DNA from: a virus
Taxonomy: Duplodnaviria > Caudoviricetes
IMG/VR virus record: IMGVR_UViG_3300023059_000016
Location: 1 to 35,738 of that record
Reading direction: 5' to 3' (one strand)
DNA length: 35,738 nt
Shown in pieces: positions 1-9,073 of this stretch (position 1 is the stretch's first letter; each line of letters begins with the position of its first letter). The position numbers and the translations under genes are program-made. A model generated the notes under the pieces. That model ran no database searches and was not told where the DNA came from. It was given only the letters and a program-made list of their open reading frames with translations.

Positions 1-45
1 AATCCTCCTGCTATACGCCACCTCGCTGACGCAACGAGCACCTCT

Positions 46-120
46 TCCCCGGTAGCTCAGTGGTAGAGCAACCGGCTGTTAACCGGTTGGTCGCTGGTTC
101 GAATCCGGCCCGGGGAGCCA
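46..120 (+). tRNA. tRNA-Asn(GTT), probable prophage integration target
   Basis: Acceptor stem TCCCCGG/CCGGGGA with GCCA end, D-loop AGTGGTA, anticodon arm ACCGG-CTGTTAA-CCGGT, T-loop TTCGAAT; integrase begins ~145 bp downstream. Confidence 0.97.
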
Positions 121-264
121 CTTACTTTTTGGGCTACAAAGCCTAGAAAAAATAAGTTAAGCTTATCAATAGCTTGTTGCTCATCATCAAAATCCCAATT
201 TAACTATTGCTCCATATCGGCTACAATCTAGATTACATTCTGGGTTACATTGTGAGCGTTTATC

Positions 265-1581
265 TTGTCAGTCGATATTACGAAATATGTGCAGCGACAG
301 CCGAGCGGTATTTATCGCTATTATAGGCGCGTGCCGATCGAAGTGTCGAATCATGACAAGCGAACATTTGTAAAAATAAGCCTCAAGACCAAGGATCATA
401 AAGCAGCTCTTGAAAAAGCCGAAGGCGTTCATGACGCGACCGAGCGCCTATGGGCTGCAATGTCATCAGGAAATGATAATCACCCAGAATGGGAGCGCTA
501 CGAGGCTGCTGTGCGAACTGCTCAGTCGCTGGGCTTTGCATACAAGCCTGCGGCTGAAATCGGATCTGGGGCGTATGAAGATCTCTTCGTGAGGGCGAAA
601 CACGCTGCAGAAGTACTAGAGACACAGCCATCTGCGGCGAAGGCAATTGCTGGCTTGGTCGATTTTCCCAACCCTCGAATCTCAAATGTCTGGCAGATGT
701 ATTTAAAGTTCAACCAGGCGGGCCTATCTGGGCTATCGGAAGGCCAGCTTTCAAAACACAAGGTTTCCCGCGAGCGCGCGATTAAATACGCCAGCGACCT
801 GTTGGAGGATATTCGATTAAGCGAAGTGACGCGTGCTGACGTGCTTCGATATCGTCAATGGTGGACAGATAAAATCACATCCGAGAAGCTTAAAGCGTAT
901 AGCGCCAACCGCAGCTTTAGTGACATGAAAGGCATGCTGTCAGTTATCGACGATGCACTTCAAACCAACTTTCGAGCACCATGGGCGGGGATCCGCCTAA
1001 AAGAAACCAATGCCACAAAACTGGATAAGCGACCGCCGTTTTCGGTCGAATGGGTGCAAGATCGCCTATTACAGCCTGGTGCGCTTGACGGCATCAATCA
1101 AGATGCACGGCTCATTATATATACAATGATTGAAACAGGTATGCGCCTGGGCGAAGTATGCAACCTTCGTTCTGAGGACATTCGCCTTAATGATGAAGTG
1201 CCTCATGTGGAGGTCGCTGAGCGCGAAGACAGGCGACAGAAGACCGATTATTCGGTGCGTCGCATTCCTCTGGTGGGCGTTGCGCATTGGGCTATGAAAC
1301 AGGCGCCAAATGGCTTTGCTAGGTACGCTGACAAGTCAGATTCAGCATCAGCAGCTATCAATAAGTTTCTGAGGTCAAAGCATTTATTCCCTTCAGATAA
1401 ACATACAATCTATTCGTTGCGACACACGTTCCAAGATCGAATTGAGAACATTGGCGCATCAGATCGTATGCAAGCTGATTTGATGGGGCATGAATTCGGT
1501 CGGCCCAAATACGGCGATGGCGCCGAGATGAGGCGGCGCCAAGAGCTGCTGGATTCTATTAAGTTGAATTGGGAAGGCTAA
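265..1581 (+). CDS. int: Tyrosine recombinase / phage integrase with N-terminal arm-binding-like domain
   Basis: N-terminal GIYRYYRRVP; catalytic motifs TGMRLGEV, QKT, YSLRHTF, LMGH, PKYG; TTG start. Confidence 0.93.
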   Translation: MSVDITKYVQRQPSGIYRYYRRVPIEVSNHDKRTFVKISLKTKDHKAALEKAEGVHDATERLWAAMSSGNDNHPEWERYEAAVRTAQSLGFAYKPAAEIGSGAYEDLFVRAKHAAEVLETQPSAAKAIAGLVDFPNPRISNVWQMYLKFNQAGLSGLSEGQLSKHKVSRERAIKYASDLLEDIRLSEVTRADVLRYRQWWTDKITSEKLKAYSANRSFSDMKGMLSVIDDALQTNFRAPWAGIRLKETNATKLDKRPPFSVEWVQDRLLQPGALDGINQDARLIIYTMIETGMRLGEVCNLRSEDIRLNDEVPHVEVAEREDRRQKTDYSVRRIPLVGVAHWAMKQAPNGFARYADKSDSASAAINKFLRSKHLFPSDKHTIYSLRHTFQDRIENIGASDRMQADLMGHEFGRPKYGDGAEMRRRQELLDSIKLNWEG

Positions 1582-1757
1582 GTTCCCCGAAGGATTGCCT
1601 GAGCGCGGGCCAGAGCGTTCCCACGGCTTTGCGCGGCGACCAGTTCAGCTTCTGCTCGTTCAAGCAATGGAATGGCTTTCTCTCCGAATATTACGACAAG
1701 TTTAGCTGTGTTTCTAACGCACTCTTCGTAATCGGCCAAAGTGAAGGTACGGCTCAT
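1578..1757 (-). CDS. 59-aa hypothetical protein convergent with the integrase (not in ORF track)
   Basis: Read by hand: MSRTFTLADYEECVRNTAKLVVIFGEKAIPLLERAEAELVAAQSRGNALARAQAILRGT; its stop overlaps the integrase stop. Confidence 0.6.
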   Translation of the reverse strand: MSRTFTLADYEECVRNTAKLVVIFGEKAIPLLERAEAELVAAQSRGNALARAQAILRGT

Positions 1758-1810
1758 TTCGTGTGCGGAGTGCCTGTTGTCATATAGCGATATGATTTAA
1801 ATTCGGAGGC

Positions 1811-2065
1811 ATGGAACTTTCGATTCCTGCCCACGTTGTTGCGGCAAATTCCCTTCACAAGGATATCGAAATGTCGGTTTTCAACAGCACGGTTCATAAC
1901 TTCTACTACCTCTCCGAGCAACAAAACGGCATGTGGGAAGTCAGGCAAACAGTCACAAATCAGCCAGTAGCTCTCAACGGACAATTGTGCTGTTCGCTTA
2001 AAAAGCGTGATGATGAGGAACTGATTGAGTATCTGAATGGTTTGGATGCATCGCTGGCAGCATGA
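1811..2065 (+). CDS. Small hypothetical protein, paralog of 20773-20961
   Basis: GGAGG SD before ATG; gapless similarity to the 62-aa protein at 20773-20961; antisense to the left operon. Confidence 0.7.
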   Translation: MELSIPAHVVAANSLHKDIEMSVFNSTVHNFYYLSEQQNGMWEVRQTVTNQPVALNGQLCCSLKKRDDEELIEYLNGLDASLAA

Positions 2066-2068
2066 CCA

Positions 2069-2335
2069 TCAATCCCCGCCTTTCAGGGCTTGGCGACCTT
2101 CTGGGCCGCGTCCTGACAGAAGCTTCCCTTTCTTGACTACGGTCCCGCTCGGATCGACATAAATGCTACCGAAAGAGCAAAGATCGCCGTTTACAGTGGT
2201 TGTTCGAGAGCCTTGAATGTTAACGTTTCGAGCGACCAAATAGGCGTCGATAGCTCTTGCGACCTCGTCGCCCGTCAATTCGATCATGACACCGGGGCCA
2301 AACTCGGTTTTTCCGTCTCCATATCTGACTTTCAT
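2069..2335 (-). CDS. Phage hypothetical protein
   Basis: 88-aa ORF coupled by a 4-bp overlap to the upstream ORF in the left operon. Confidence 0.7.
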   Translation of the reverse strand: MKVRYGDGKTEFGPGVMIELTGDEVARAIDAYLVARNVNIQGSRTTTVNGDLCSFGSIYVDPSGTVVKKGKLLSGRGPEGRQALKGGD

Positions 2336-2553
2336 TCGCTCTGCTCCCCTAGTGGGCTGGTTTCGCGTCCGCGAACGACGATCTGCGTTCTTGTGCGATA
2401 GATGTAGAGCGGGCAGGATAGGTCAGTGTTCGAGAACACCACGCCAGCACGAATACCCATTCGATCCGGGTACTGCCTGACAAAATGCACTGCCAGATGC
2501 GCAGCACGAGACAAGTTGTGCTCATCAACATTCACAAGCTTAATCGTTGCCAT
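2332..2553 (-). CDS. Phage hypothetical protein
   Basis: AAGGAGG SD; 73 aa; operon coupling. Confidence 0.7.
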   Translation of the reverse strand: MATIKLVNVDEHNLSRAAHLAVHFVRQYPDRMGIRAGVVFSNTDLSCPLYIYRTRTQIVVRGRETSPLGEQSE

Positions 2554-2674
2554 GGCTGGCCTCCTTTGCGCGTAGGCTGATTACTGTGGCAATTGTTCCA
2601 ACGAACAGTCCGATTAGAGCGCCGAAACAGAACATGATAAAAAAAGCTAAACCGATAGGAATACCGATTGTCAT
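2540..2674 (-). CDS. 44-aa single-pass membrane protein (not in ORF track)
   Basis: MTIGIPIGLAFFIMFCFGALIGLFVGTIATVISLRAKEASHGND; ATGA overlap with the upstream stop. Confidence 0.6.
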   Translation of the reverse strand: MTIGIPIGLAFFIMFCFGALIGLFVGTIATVISLRAKEASHGND

Positions 2675-3360
2675 GGGCGATCCTCCAAGGCGGCGCGGGC
2701 AATATCAACCTTGATTTGCGGGTTGCATCCAGTTGCGTCACCGTTACCGTAAATCTCGGTCAACGCCTTCCTTGCCGCCGTGAGTTGGGTTTCGAGGGCT
2801 TCACGCTCATCCCACAGACGCTTAGCAAATTCTTCTGGGTCGTCATCCTCGGTCATTTCTAGATATGCTAGGGCGTTTGCATATTTCGTGTTTACACCCT
2901 TCACAAGCTCACTGTGTTCCAACTCCTTAACCCGCGCAGTCAGCGCCGCGTTGTCGGCATCTAGTGTGCCAAGCCGTTTAAGTACGTTATTTCTGTCGTC
3001 CCAAAGTGTTTCTATGCGCTTATCCTTCGCCGCAATGATGGCCTCGGCCTGCGTGCGGGTGACGAGATCGCGGGTTCCAATAGCCGCGCAGCCTTTCCAT
3101 TCTTTTTGCCATCCCCACATTGCGCGGCCCGTAATGCTATGTTCGTGCGCATATTGCACGCCAACCGTCTCCAACCCCTCGACCGGCGCGGCGGGGCGGG
3201 TGTTCCAGCGCTCGACCTGTTTAGGGTCATCGCAGACAACGGAAAGCTTGGCTTCCATCATCCAACAGCCGTCTGTATTGCAACGCCCATAAGGATTGAC
3301 GCCGCCTCTTATCGTGAGAGGCGTTGAACAAAACGGGCAAGGCTTCAATTCATTCGCCAT
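2671..3360 (-). CDS. Lar-like (restriction alleviation) zinc-finger protein with coiled-coil C-terminus
   Basis: N-terminal LKPCPFC...C...C...WNTR signature; GGAGG SD. Confidence 0.65.
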   Translation of the reverse strand: MANELKPCPFCSTPLTIRGGVNPYGRCNTDGCWMMEAKLSVVCDDPKQVERWNTRPAAPVEGLETVGVQYAHEHSITGRAMWGWQKEWKGCAAIGTRDLVTRTQAEAIIAAKDKRIETLWDDRNNVLKRLGTLDADNAALTARVKELEHSELVKGVNTKYANALAYLEMTEDDDPEEFAKRLWDEREALETQLTAARKALTEIYGNGDATGCNPQIKVDIARAALEDRP

Positions 3361-3589
3361 GGTTGCTGCCTCCTGTCGGGCGGGTGGCTTTAGCTATCGC
3401 CTTGGATATTTCCTTGACCAGTTTCTTTGTGATGGCGTCTCGCTGGCTGTCCGTGACATACCCACGGATACGAAGCCTCAGCATAGCTTCACTATCCTTT
3501 TGCAAGTGATCAGCAACATTATCGGGCAATTCTGGAAACTGTTCTTTGAAGGTTGGCGCACCCCAACCAAGTATGATCTGGTTACTCAT
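3350..3589 (-). CDS. Phage hypothetical protein
   Basis: 79-aa ORF overlapping both neighbours in the operon. Confidence 0.7.
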   Translation of the reverse strand: MSNQIILGWGAPTFKEQFPELPDNVADHLQKDSEAMLRLRIRGYVTDSQRDAITKKLVKEISKAIAKATRPTGGSNHGE

Positions 3590-4107
3590 TCCGACGCTCC
3601 CGGTGAGGCTAGGAGGGGGTGCCAGAGGGTGATAGCGTTTCTACTCAACTGGAACGATGCTGACATTTCTGACTTTTGCCACTGGCCAGAATAGTACGAA
3701 CAAATATGCCTCCCAACTTTTGGGCCAAAGCCTAGAATTTGTTTATCCTTCGGCGCTGTCTCAATCGGCAACCATCCATCCGCTACAGGCTGAGACGAGA
3801 GGGCGCGGATTGCGGCGGCGGCATCGGAAAAGAGTTCCAGCGCGGCTTCTGTGTTGAAAAGCTCAATGTGATCGTTTTCGGTTTCTAAATCGCCTTCATA
3901 TTCAAGGCCAGCGTCAAGCCGCTCCAACAATTCTTGCAGACTGCCTTCCTCCAACGCCTGCGCACGCGGGGATGGGCACAGTGCGGACAACTGTTTTAAG
4001 GACTGATTGACTTCATTATATAGGCGATAAATTTGGTCACCTGACAAAGTCCACGCGACAGAAACAGAATGACATGCCGCTTCTACGTCCCGTTCACTGA
4101 CCAACAT
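3586..4107 (-). CDS. Phage hypothetical protein with C-terminal DUF551-like (WxPIETAPKD) domain
   Basis: GWLPIETAPKD...LWHPL motif; start placed at ATG 4107 behind a GAGGT SD (track start 4191). Confidence 0.65.
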   Translation of the reverse strand: MLVSERDVEAACHSVSVAWTLSGDQIYRLYNEVNQSLKQLSALCPSPRAQALEEGSLQELLERLDAGLEYEGDLETENDHIELFNTEAALELFSDAAAAIRALSSQPVADGWLPIETAPKDKQILGFGPKVGRHICSYYSGQWQKSEMSASFQLSRNAITLWHPLLASPGASE

Positions 4108-4287
4108 AACGCACCTCATCACCAACGACGACGGCCCGACCTGTTGCCGCCAGACGGCGAGCAACGGGCAGGGGAACTCCAGCGCTTCCAAGGGATGCCC
4201 GGGATATGCGCTGCGGGCCTAGCCGCAACGCGCTGAGGTATGCAGCATCAATACTGCTGCCCTGTCTGTCTGTGGCTCGTACGTCCA

Positions 4288-4530
4288 TCATGCCGCCCTC
4301 CGCTTGAAAGGACGGCGATTGTCGTTAGCTGGTCGTACGCGGCGCATACGGATCTTCTCGCCCGTTTTGCGCGACACGTCATAGGCGATGTCTTTGATGG
4401 TTGCTGATGTTGCCGGATCGCTTTCGCGATACCAACGGGCGATTGAGAAAATTGCTGCGGCAGTCGTTCCCTGAGCAATGAACTCGTCGGCATTTAGGAT
4501 GTGCGCCTGGGTGGCAAGTCTAGTCTGCAT
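4288..4530 (-). CDS. 80-aa phage protein ending in an ssrA-like tag (ANDNRRPFKRRAA)
   Basis: ATACGAGGAG leader before ATG 4530 (MQTRLATQ...). Confidence 0.75.
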   Translation of the reverse strand: MQTRLATQAHILNADEFIAQGTTAAAIFSIARWYRESDPATSATIKDIAYDVSRKTGEKIRMRRVRPANDNRRPFKRRAA

Positions 4531-4648
4531 GGTGTGCTCCTCGTATGGTTTTGGTAAGCGTGACGACCCGTGGCGTGAAAACGCGCGGATCGTCGATGGT
4601 TGGGAAATCCTGGGGCGCAACGGCCCCGTCGCTATCTTTCGCGGTGGA

Positions 4649-4873
4649 TCATGTAACACCCAATCCCACAGCACCCACGACAACGCAAAACCCCACAACA
4701 ACGGTCATCTCAACGGCTTCGCGAGCTGCATATCGTACCCAAGGCATAGGTCGGGCATGCTTCTTTGCCCGGTGATTGGGACGACGCATTGGCTCATCGC
4801 TACCAGCACGATGTACATCGGTCTGCAGGTCTGGCTCCATATCTGCGAGCATTTCCAATAGCGCCCGGTTCAT
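4649..4873 (-). CDS. Small protein with C-terminal transmembrane segment
   Basis: ATGA overlap with the upstream gene; hydrophobic tail VVVGFCVVVGAVGLGVT. Confidence 0.65.
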   Translation of the reverse strand: MNRALLEMLADMEPDLQTDVHRAGSDEPMRRPNHRAKKHARPMPWVRYAAREAVEMTVVVGFCVVVGAVGLGVT

Positions 4874-5202
4874 GCTGCCACTCCTACATGAACAGTCGTT
4901 TCCTGCTGAATGTTATCGTTCGCTACGGGCACTAGGCGATAATATCCGTTCGGCTCAACGCCGCGCACGCGCTTCGGAATTGTCCAGCCAAAGGAGGGCA
5001 GGGTCTTGCGGATATAGCAGACCTGAGTGCGGACTGTTTGATGCGCATTTTCTGGGCCGCCGTTCGGATCGAACGCATAGACATTATCAACGAGGTCGTT
5101 GATATGCATTCGGCGCGGATGAACTGACGTCAATGCGTCAACAATATCTCGTTGGCCTTTTGACAGGGGCGCATCTTGGAGGTCGATGGCTGGGTTGGTC
5201 AT
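4870..5202 (-). CDS. Winged-helix (OmpR C-terminal-like) DNA-binding protein ending in an ssrA-like tag
   Basis: LVDNVY...TVRTQVCYIRKTL...GYYRL resembles an OmpR/PhoB effector domain; C-terminus ANDNIQQETTVHVGVAA. Confidence 0.7.
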   Translation of the reverse strand: MTNPAIDLQDAPLSKGQRDIVDALTSVHPRRMHINDLVDNVYAFDPNGGPENAHQTVRTQVCYIRKTLPSFGWTIPKRVRGVEPNGYYRLVPVANDNIQQETTVHVGVAA

Positions 5203-5203
5203 A

Positions 5204-5497
5204 TTACGCAGCCTCCATCACTGAAGCGGAGTCATCGCCCAACGCATCTTCAATAGGCCCGGCAATCGCGCCGCTTGTCTGGAAAACTTCGTATGTTTCG
5301 CCGGGCCAGAGCTTGGCGAGGCGCGTTGCCTCCGCCATTGCTTGCTCAAAGGAGCCATGTTCATACGGTAGGGTCGTGGCAACGCTAACGCGTCCGGTCT
5401 GTTTGCCGCGGCGGAATACAAAGAATCCGCCGCCGATTACTTCGTTCTTTCGAGGTGCTGGCGATCTTCTTCTTCTCGGGGTTTTCGCGTTCGTCAT
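5204..5497 (-). CDS. First gene of the leftward operon, hypothetical
   Basis: ACACGAGGAG leader; basic N-terminus (RRRR); ends MEAA. Confidence 0.75.
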   Translation of the reverse strand: MTNAKTPRRRRSPAPRKNEVIGGGFFVFRRGKQTGRVSVATTLPYEHGSFEQAMAEATRLAKLWPGETYEVFQTSGAIAGPIEDALGDDSASVMEAA

Positions 5498-5567
5498 TGG
5501 GTGTCTCCTCGTGTTTGGTTGGTTCAGCAGATCAAGCTGGTGAGGCTGTCTTCGTGCTGTTGAGGAG

Positions 5568-5620
5568 ACTATATGCGCATACGCATATTGCAGTCAATAA
5601 AAAAATGCGAACGCGCCTAT
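5568..5620 (-). promoter_or_regulatory. PL-like promoter with two 18-bp operators (OL)
   Basis: Minus strand TTGACT(5597-5592)-N18-TATAGT(5573-5568); operators ATATGCG-CATA-CGCATAT (5571-5588) and AAATGCG-AACG-CGCCTAT (5603-5620). Confidence 0.8.
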
Positions 5621-6321
5621 TTGCGTTTTCGCGCCTTTGTAATTGATGCCTGCACGATGCCAGCAATGACGACGTCGGAATCTTCGTCACGATGTTGGTC
5701 AATATACAAGGGAGCCTGAAACTCGGGAGCATGAGAGCGGGGCCAGAGCCATTTACGCCCTTCCTCGTCGATCACGTATTCTTTGAGAGTGTTCTCGAAT
5801 AGCCCATTTTTACCCTGGACCCGAACCAGAACAACATCTCCACTTTCAGGTCGAATGTGATTCTCGAAGAGGCCAGCTACAAACACAATGCTTCCCTCAG
5901 GGTAGTATTTGTCCATAGAATCACCGCGTACACGGAAGGCTTTCATTTTGTATGGTGGAACATCCATAACGTCCGGAAGTGTAACGTAATCAGCTTCGTA
6001 TTCAGGAGTTTCGACACCATCTGTCCAAGCGCCTGCTTGGATGTCTCCAGCCAATGGATACCTCCTGCCCGAATTCATTACTGCAGGAACTACTTCGTCC
6101 AGCCCTGAAAAATAGAGCTGACTTTTTCCTGTCTTTTGAGAAAGCAGGGCTGTGTACTCAGCACCTGGTATTTGCTTCTGTCGTTCCCACTTTGAAATTG
6201 TGGATTGAAATTCCTCTTCCTTACCGAGGAAAACGGCGAACTGCTTCTGGTCCAAGCCTAACTCCGTGCGGAGTTGCTTGATACGCTCTGCAGCTTTCTT
6301 TTTTTGATCATTGTTTTCCAT
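5617..6321 (-). CDS. cI: CI-like phage repressor (XRE HTH plus S24 autopeptidase)
   Basis: RIKQLRTELGLDQKQFA...QSTISKWE HTH; QAG cleavage site, VRGDSM serine, TLKEY lysine; start placed at ATG 6321. Confidence 0.92.
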   Translation of the reverse strand: MENNDQKKKAAERIKQLRTELGLDQKQFAVFLGKEEEFQSTISKWERQKQIPGAEYTALLSQKTGKSQLYFSGLDEVVPAVMNSGRRYPLAGDIQAGAWTDGVETPEYEADYVTLPDVMDVPPYKMKAFRVRGDSMDKYYPEGSIVFVAGLFENHIRPESGDVVLVRVQGKNGLFENTLKEYVIDEEGRKWLWPRSHAPEFQAPLYIDQHRDEDSDVVIAGIVQASITKARKRK

Positions 6322-6323
6322 AT

Positions 6324-6407
6324 AAAGGCGCATACGCCTATTTAATATCGACGTCAAAGGCGCGAACGCATTTCATGCTTGACTTGGTATGCGTATGCGC
6401 CTATATT
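6324..6407. promoter_or_regulatory. OR region: three 18-bp operators, PR promoter and probable PRM
   Basis: AAAGGCG-CATA-CGCCTAT (6324-6341), AAAGGCG-CGAA-CGCATTT (6356-6373), GTATGCG-TATG-CGCCTAT (6387-6404); PR TTGACT(6379-6384)-N17-TATATT(6402-6407); leftward TTGACG at 6357-6352. Confidence 0.85.
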
Positions 6408-6595
6408 CCAATCATCAACCGACGCACCAGACGTTGGAATTACAAAATGGCAGGCAACGAAATGAACATCCTTCCAAGGATCACCGCCATCGAAAGATAG
6501 GCAAGTTCAGCAGGGTAATAAAGGAGAGACGTAATGACGAATTCAGCCATCAGAAGCGACGACGTTTCGACTAAGCCACCATAGAATTAACAGGG

Positions 6596-6629
6596 ACACT
6601 GCTGACCTTAATAGGGTCAGCGGTGCTTT
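6596..6629 (+). terminator. Stem-loop downstream of PR (tR1-like)
   Basis: CACTGCTGACC-loop-GGTCAGCGGTG followed by only a short CTTT. Confidence 0.4.
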
Positions 6630-6834
6630 CGCCGTTTCTGCGTCGAAACATAAAAAGGCGGAGTTTATGAGCCGGCACCACCCGCTGCTCGCTCCGCCTC
6701 GTAATCCCAGCGCTTACACGAGGAGGGCTTGCGCCGCTTCTACACGCTGGTTTCCTTCACGGGTACCACCCCGCGCAGGACACAGATGGCTTCACCAAAG
6801 CCATTTGTCAACCAACACCAAACACGAGGAGAGC

Positions 6835-7116
6835 ATGAAAGATTATGACACCATAGAAGAAATGCATCGAATGCACGAGGTGGGCGCCAACCCGACTGAG
6901 ATCGGAAATGCGCTCAGCCTGCCCAGATCGACGGTAGCTTCAATTCTCCGCCGACCTATTCCAAAACCTACAGCCGACCGCATTGTCGTGCGGTGTGTTT
7001 CTAACGGTGGATGGTCCACGGCCAATCACTGCGTCAGTTATATCGCTATGCCACGCATTCGTGCGCTGGAAGCTGCGAATGACAACTACGAACAGCCGGG
7101 CGCAATCGCAGCCTGA
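6835..7116 (+). CDS. HTH DNA-binding protein ending in an ssrA-like tag (AANDNYEQPGAIAA)
   Basis: ACACGAGGAG leader before ATG; GANPTEIGNALSLPRSTVASILRR helix-turn-helix. Confidence 0.8.
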   Translation: MKDYDTIEEMHRMHEVGANPTEIGNALSLPRSTVASILRRPIPKPTADRIVVRCVSNGGWSTANHCVSYIAMPRIRALEAANDNYEQPGAIAA

Positions 7117-7173
7117 GCCACGTTGGCCTGCATGCGCGGGCCACAGATCAACCTCCTGATAGGAGGCATATCA

Positions 7174-7377
7174 ATGAAATCCCACAACTTGCGTGAGCCA
7201 CACAAGGCGCACCAAACCAAATTCACGCGGACTGGTGAGCGGGACACGATAAACCGCAAACCTTATCGAACACCCGCGCAGAAGCTGCATGCCCGCGACA
7301 CTGCCGTCCTTAAAGCCGGACGTTACGTTTCGAACGCTCCTGTGTCGTTCAGCAGAACGAAGCGGGGTGCAGCGTGA
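7174..7377 (+). CDS. Small basic phage protein
   Basis: AGGAGG SD before MKSHNL...; ends RGAA. Confidence 0.65.
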   Translation: MKSHNLREPHKAHQTKFTRTGERDTINRKPYRTPAQKLHARDTAVLKAGRYVSNAPVSFSRTKRGAA

Positions 7378-7679
7378 CTTGCGAATGCGCTGACTGCTGG
7401 GATCTGCCCGGCTCAATTGTGACCCACAAGCTGACAGGCTGGAAGGGCATCATCATCGGCGATCGGGACGGTTGCATGTTCCTCACGGTGCGCTTCTGGA
7501 TACCAGGCACCGGCCTAGGGACGGTGGAAGTTTCGCGCTTCGAAGTTGAACCACCTTCCAATGATGGCGACGGCGGTGGCGGCTCTGAGGTCGCAACTGA
7601 AGAAGACAATGTCATTCCGGTCGATTTCACCAAGGGCGTGAAGCTGACCAAATCAACAAAGACGAGGGGAGTAGCGTGA
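7374..7679 (+). CDS. Phage hypothetical protein
   Basis: GTGA overlaps at both ends; CxCxxC N-terminus. Confidence 0.7.
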   Translation: MTCECADCWDLPGSIVTHKLTGWKGIIIGDRDGCMFLTVRFWIPGTGLGTVEVSRFEVEPPSNDGDGGGGSEVATEEDNVIPVDFTKGVKLTKSTKTRGVA

Positions 7680-8395
7680 TGGGTAAATTTAAAGTGGGTG
7701 ATCGGGTCCAAGTTGTTGACGACAGGGGCGGCGCAAAGCTTGGAGAGACCGGCGAGATTATCGGCACAGATACCACGTTTTCAACCGCATTCTATTACAT
7801 CAAATGGGATGCGGGCAGCCGCAAGCAGGGGCTTTACGAGAATCGACTTGCTCTCTTGCCTATTGCTGGCGCAACCGGCAAGCCTGCCTTCAAGGTCGGC
7901 GATCGGGTGAGGGTCATAGCCAAGACTGGCGCTAGGATGCCTGACATCGGTGTTGTCGGGGTAATTTGTGATTGCGACGACGGATACACGGTTGCTGTAG
8001 AGGGAGTGGGTGCATTTGGCTACGATGCACACGATTTGGAATTAGTTCCTATGTTATTGGAACACGGCCGCTATTACCGTTCTCGTAACGGTAGAAAAAT
8101 CGGCCCGGTATATGTCGTCAATTCACAGGCGGGCGGATGTATCGCAGATGATGGCGATGAGTGCCATCCTTATCGGCGGGATGGCACCATTATGTATAGC
8201 GACAGCGAACATCTCGACCTCATCTCCGAATGGATCGATGAGCCTGTCAAGGCAGATGCACCGGTTGAAGCATGTGAAATCATTCGTTTGACCGTCACAG
8301 CTGACACAACCGATCTCGATGCACGTCTTGATGGCATCATCCAGAAGCTTGAGCGCATCGACGAGCTTTCCTCAAAGCTTGGCCTCGCCGCCTAA
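7676..8395 (+). CDS. Phage protein with two KOW/SH3-like FKVGDRV repeats
   Basis: FKVGDRVQVV and FKVGDRVRVI repeats; ends LGLAA. Confidence 0.7.
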   Translation: MMGKFKVGDRVQVVDDRGGAKLGETGEIIGTDTTFSTAFYYIKWDAGSRKQGLYENRLALLPIAGATGKPAFKVGDRVRVIAKTGARMPDIGVVGVICDCDDGYTVAVEGVGAFGYDAHDLELVPMLLEHGRYYRSRNGRKIGPVYVVNSQAGGCIADDGDECHPYRRDGTIMYSDSEHLDLISEWIDEPVKADAPVEACEIIRLTVTADTTDLDARLDGIIQKLERIDELSSKLGLAA

Positions 8396-8460
8396 CCCGC
8401 AAATCCCACCGATAAACCAACCAGCCCCGCTGCAATCGCGGCGGGGAATGAGGAGGTATT

Positions 8461-8751
8461 ATGCAAAATAGACCGAATGCATTCCAGCGCGTCCTGAGCC
8501 GCGAATATGGTGAAGACCGACTGCTAGGAATGCCAGCACGTGATCAGATGCACTACGATCGTCGTATGAATGAGATGGCGCAGATGACTGGCGGCCGTGG
8601 GTTTCGCACCCCTTCGAAGGAGGTTCGACGCTTTACTGACGGCACCACCCGTGGCGAGCGTAAGCGTAAGCGCCGGGAAACAGCCAACGCTGTTATTCGT
8701 GCAGCGCATGAAGCGGCATGGGCTCGCACAGCTTATGAGGTCGGCCTATGA
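8461..8751 (+). CDS. Basic phage hypothetical protein
   Basis: GAGGAGG SD; 96 aa. Confidence 0.7.
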   Translation: MQNRPNAFQRVLSREYGEDRLLGMPARDQMHYDRRMNEMAQMTGGRGFRTPSKEVRRFTDGTTRGERKRKRRETANAVIRAAHEAAWARTAYEVGL

Positions 8752-8915
8752 CAGCGCCGTCAAGCAACCGGCCCTTCAAAGACTACGTCGTCGAAGACGA
8801 CCGCATCTTGTCTAGCGAAACGACGCTCGGTCTCGGCGATCGCTTCGTCCAAGGGTTGTTAGTTGTCGCGGCTTTAGCGCTGGCCATCGGCGTTTACTCA
8901 TCGGTGCTGTTGTGA
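8748..8915 (+). CDS. 55-aa membrane protein (not in ORF track)
   Basis: ATGA overlap; MTAPSSNRPFKDYVVEDDRILSSETTLGLGDRFVQGLLVVAALALAIGVYSSVLL. Confidence 0.6.
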   Translation: MTAPSSNRPFKDYVVEDDRILSSETTLGLGDRFVQGLLVVAALALAIGVYSSVLL

Positions 8916-9073
8916 ACGTGGTCACGCCAGCCGGTAATGGCACCGGAAAGATTGCGCGTTCGCTGGCCTTAACGGGCTTTACGCTCGGGCTCTTGCTGGT
9001 CTTAGCAGGGCTCATTTTCTGGAATGCAGTGCTGCCGTTCTACGGCCTGCTTTATTTGTGGGGTGTGTCATGA
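8912..9073 (+). CDS. 53-aa membrane protein (not in ORF track)
   Basis: GTGA overlap; MNVVTPAGNGTGKIARSLALTGFTLGLLLVLAGLIFWNAVLPFYGLLYLWGVS. Confidence 0.55.
   Translation: MNVVTPAGNGTGKIARSLALTGFTLGLLLVLAGLIFWNAVLPFYGLLYLWGVS

Noticed and set aside
46-264. Exact attL core sequence
   Set aside because: No second copy of the tRNA 3' end was seen in the window, so it cannot be delimited
4094-4291. 65-aa ORF, or a frameshifted 5' extension of 3586-4191
   Set aside because: ATGA coupling makes it plausible, but there is no motif support, and the downstream gene has its own SD at 4107, so a frameshift need not be invoked
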